Shown one piece after another: positions 63,009-64,000 of a stretch of 64,000 nucleotides of DNA. Positions within the stretch are counted from its first letter, which is position 1, and each line of letters starts with the position of its first letter. Origin of the DNA: Chiloscyllium plagiosum (Eukaryota); contig NC_057734.1 of assembly GCF_004010195.1 (NCBI RefSeq), forward strand, positions 26,824,999-26,888,998. The letters are read 5' to 3'. Made by a program: the position numbers and the translations under genes. Under the pieces are notes generated by a model. It had not been told where the DNA came from and did not search any database. It saw only the letters and a list, made by a program, of their open reading frames with translations.

Positions 63009-64000
63009 TTGGCTTTGATAAGGGATAGCATTACAGCTGTGCTGAGGGAGGATATTCCCGGAAATACATCCAGGGAAGTTATTTGGGTGGAACTGAGAAA
63101 TAAGAAAGGGATGATCACCTTATTGGGATTGTATTATAGACCCCCAAATAGTCAGAGGGAAATTGAGAAACAAACTTGTAAGGAGACCTCCGCTAACTGT
63201 AAGAATAATAGGGTAGTTATGGTAGGGGATTTTAACTTTCCAAACATCGACTGGGACTGCCATAGTGTTAAAGGTTTAGATGGAGAGGAATTTCTTAAGT
63301 GTGTACAAGACAATTTTCTGATTCAGTATGTGGATGTACCTACGAGAGAAGGTGCAAAACTTGACCTACTCTTGGGAAATAAGGCAGGGCAGGTGACTGA
63401 GGTGTCAGTGGGGGAGCACTTTGGGGCCAGCGACAATAATTCTATTTGTTTTAAAATAGTGATGGAAAAGGATAGACCAGATCTAAAAGTTGAAGTTCTA
63501 AATTGGAGAAAGGCCAATTTTGATGGTATTAGGCAAGAACTTTCGAAAGCTGACTGGGGGTAGATGTTTGCAGATAAAGGGACAGTTGGAAAATGGGAAG
63601 CCTTCAGAAATGAGATAACGAGAATCCAGAGAAAGTATATTTCTGTTCGGGTGAAAGGAAAGGCTGGTAGGTTATAGGGAATGCTGGATGACTAAAGAAA
63701 TTGAGGGTTTGGTTAAGAAAAAGAAGGAAGCATATGTAAGGTATAGACAGGATAGATCGAGTAAAATCTTAGAAGAGTATAAAGGGAGTAAGAGTATACC
63801 TAAGAGGGAAATGAGGAAGTCAAAAAGGGGACATGAGATAGCTTTGTCAAATAGAATTAAGGAGAATCCAAAGAGTTTTTACAAATACATTAAGGATAAA
63901 AGGCTAACGAGGGAGAGAATAGGGCCCCTCAAAGATCAGCGGGGCTGCCTTTGTGTGGAGCCGCAGAAAATGGAGGAGATACTAAATGAGTATTTTGCAT
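63009..64000 (+). mobile_element. Relatively young CR1 LINE ORF2 (endonuclease and tether), continues beyond the window
   Basis: ALIRDSITAV...WVELRNKKG...YYRPP...VGDFNFPNIDW...LDLLLGN...FGASDNN; open for 184 aa, then a stop with homology continuing. Confidence 0.92.

Noticed and set aside
62701-63010. Possible solo-LTR start (TGTAAC...), loosely similar to 47150-47340; also a possible LTR-like insert at 42261-42890
   Set aside because: No second terminus or TSD could be established, so not reported as features.

Overview
Eukaryotic, repeat-dominated vertebrate DNA. The repeat complement (V-SINE/HE1-type SINEs, CR1 LINEs, abundant Penelope-like elements) points to a cartilaginous fish; this is an inference. 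The only host genes I can recognise form a cluster of single-coding-exon class A GPCRs of the HCAR/OXER1/GPR31 (hydroxy-/oxo-carboxylic acid receptor) group. Copy A (36057+, +) has a TGG>TAG stop at W4.50, copy B (37305-37647, -) is a 3' fragment, copy C (39939-41027, +) is intact, and copy D (56558-57550, -) has a shortened C-tail and a Penelope-derived insert just upstream of its ATG. C and D lie in an old inverted duplication whose flanks are diverged while parts of the coding sequence are near-identical, which suggests gene conversion. The window starts in the 3' end of a CpG-rich endogenous retrovirus (integrase tail, truncated env-like leader, complete 3' LTR). It also holds an internally deleted, Gmr1-like Gypsy element with both LTRs and a TSD. 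At least three Penelope-like families carry minimal hammerhead-ribozyme cores (CUGANGA-stem-GAAACGUH/GAAAGCUH), one of them about 85 nt upstream of the copy D start codon on its sense strand. There are two assembly gaps. Repeat boundaries are approximate unless a TSD is quoted, and no alignments or searches were run.
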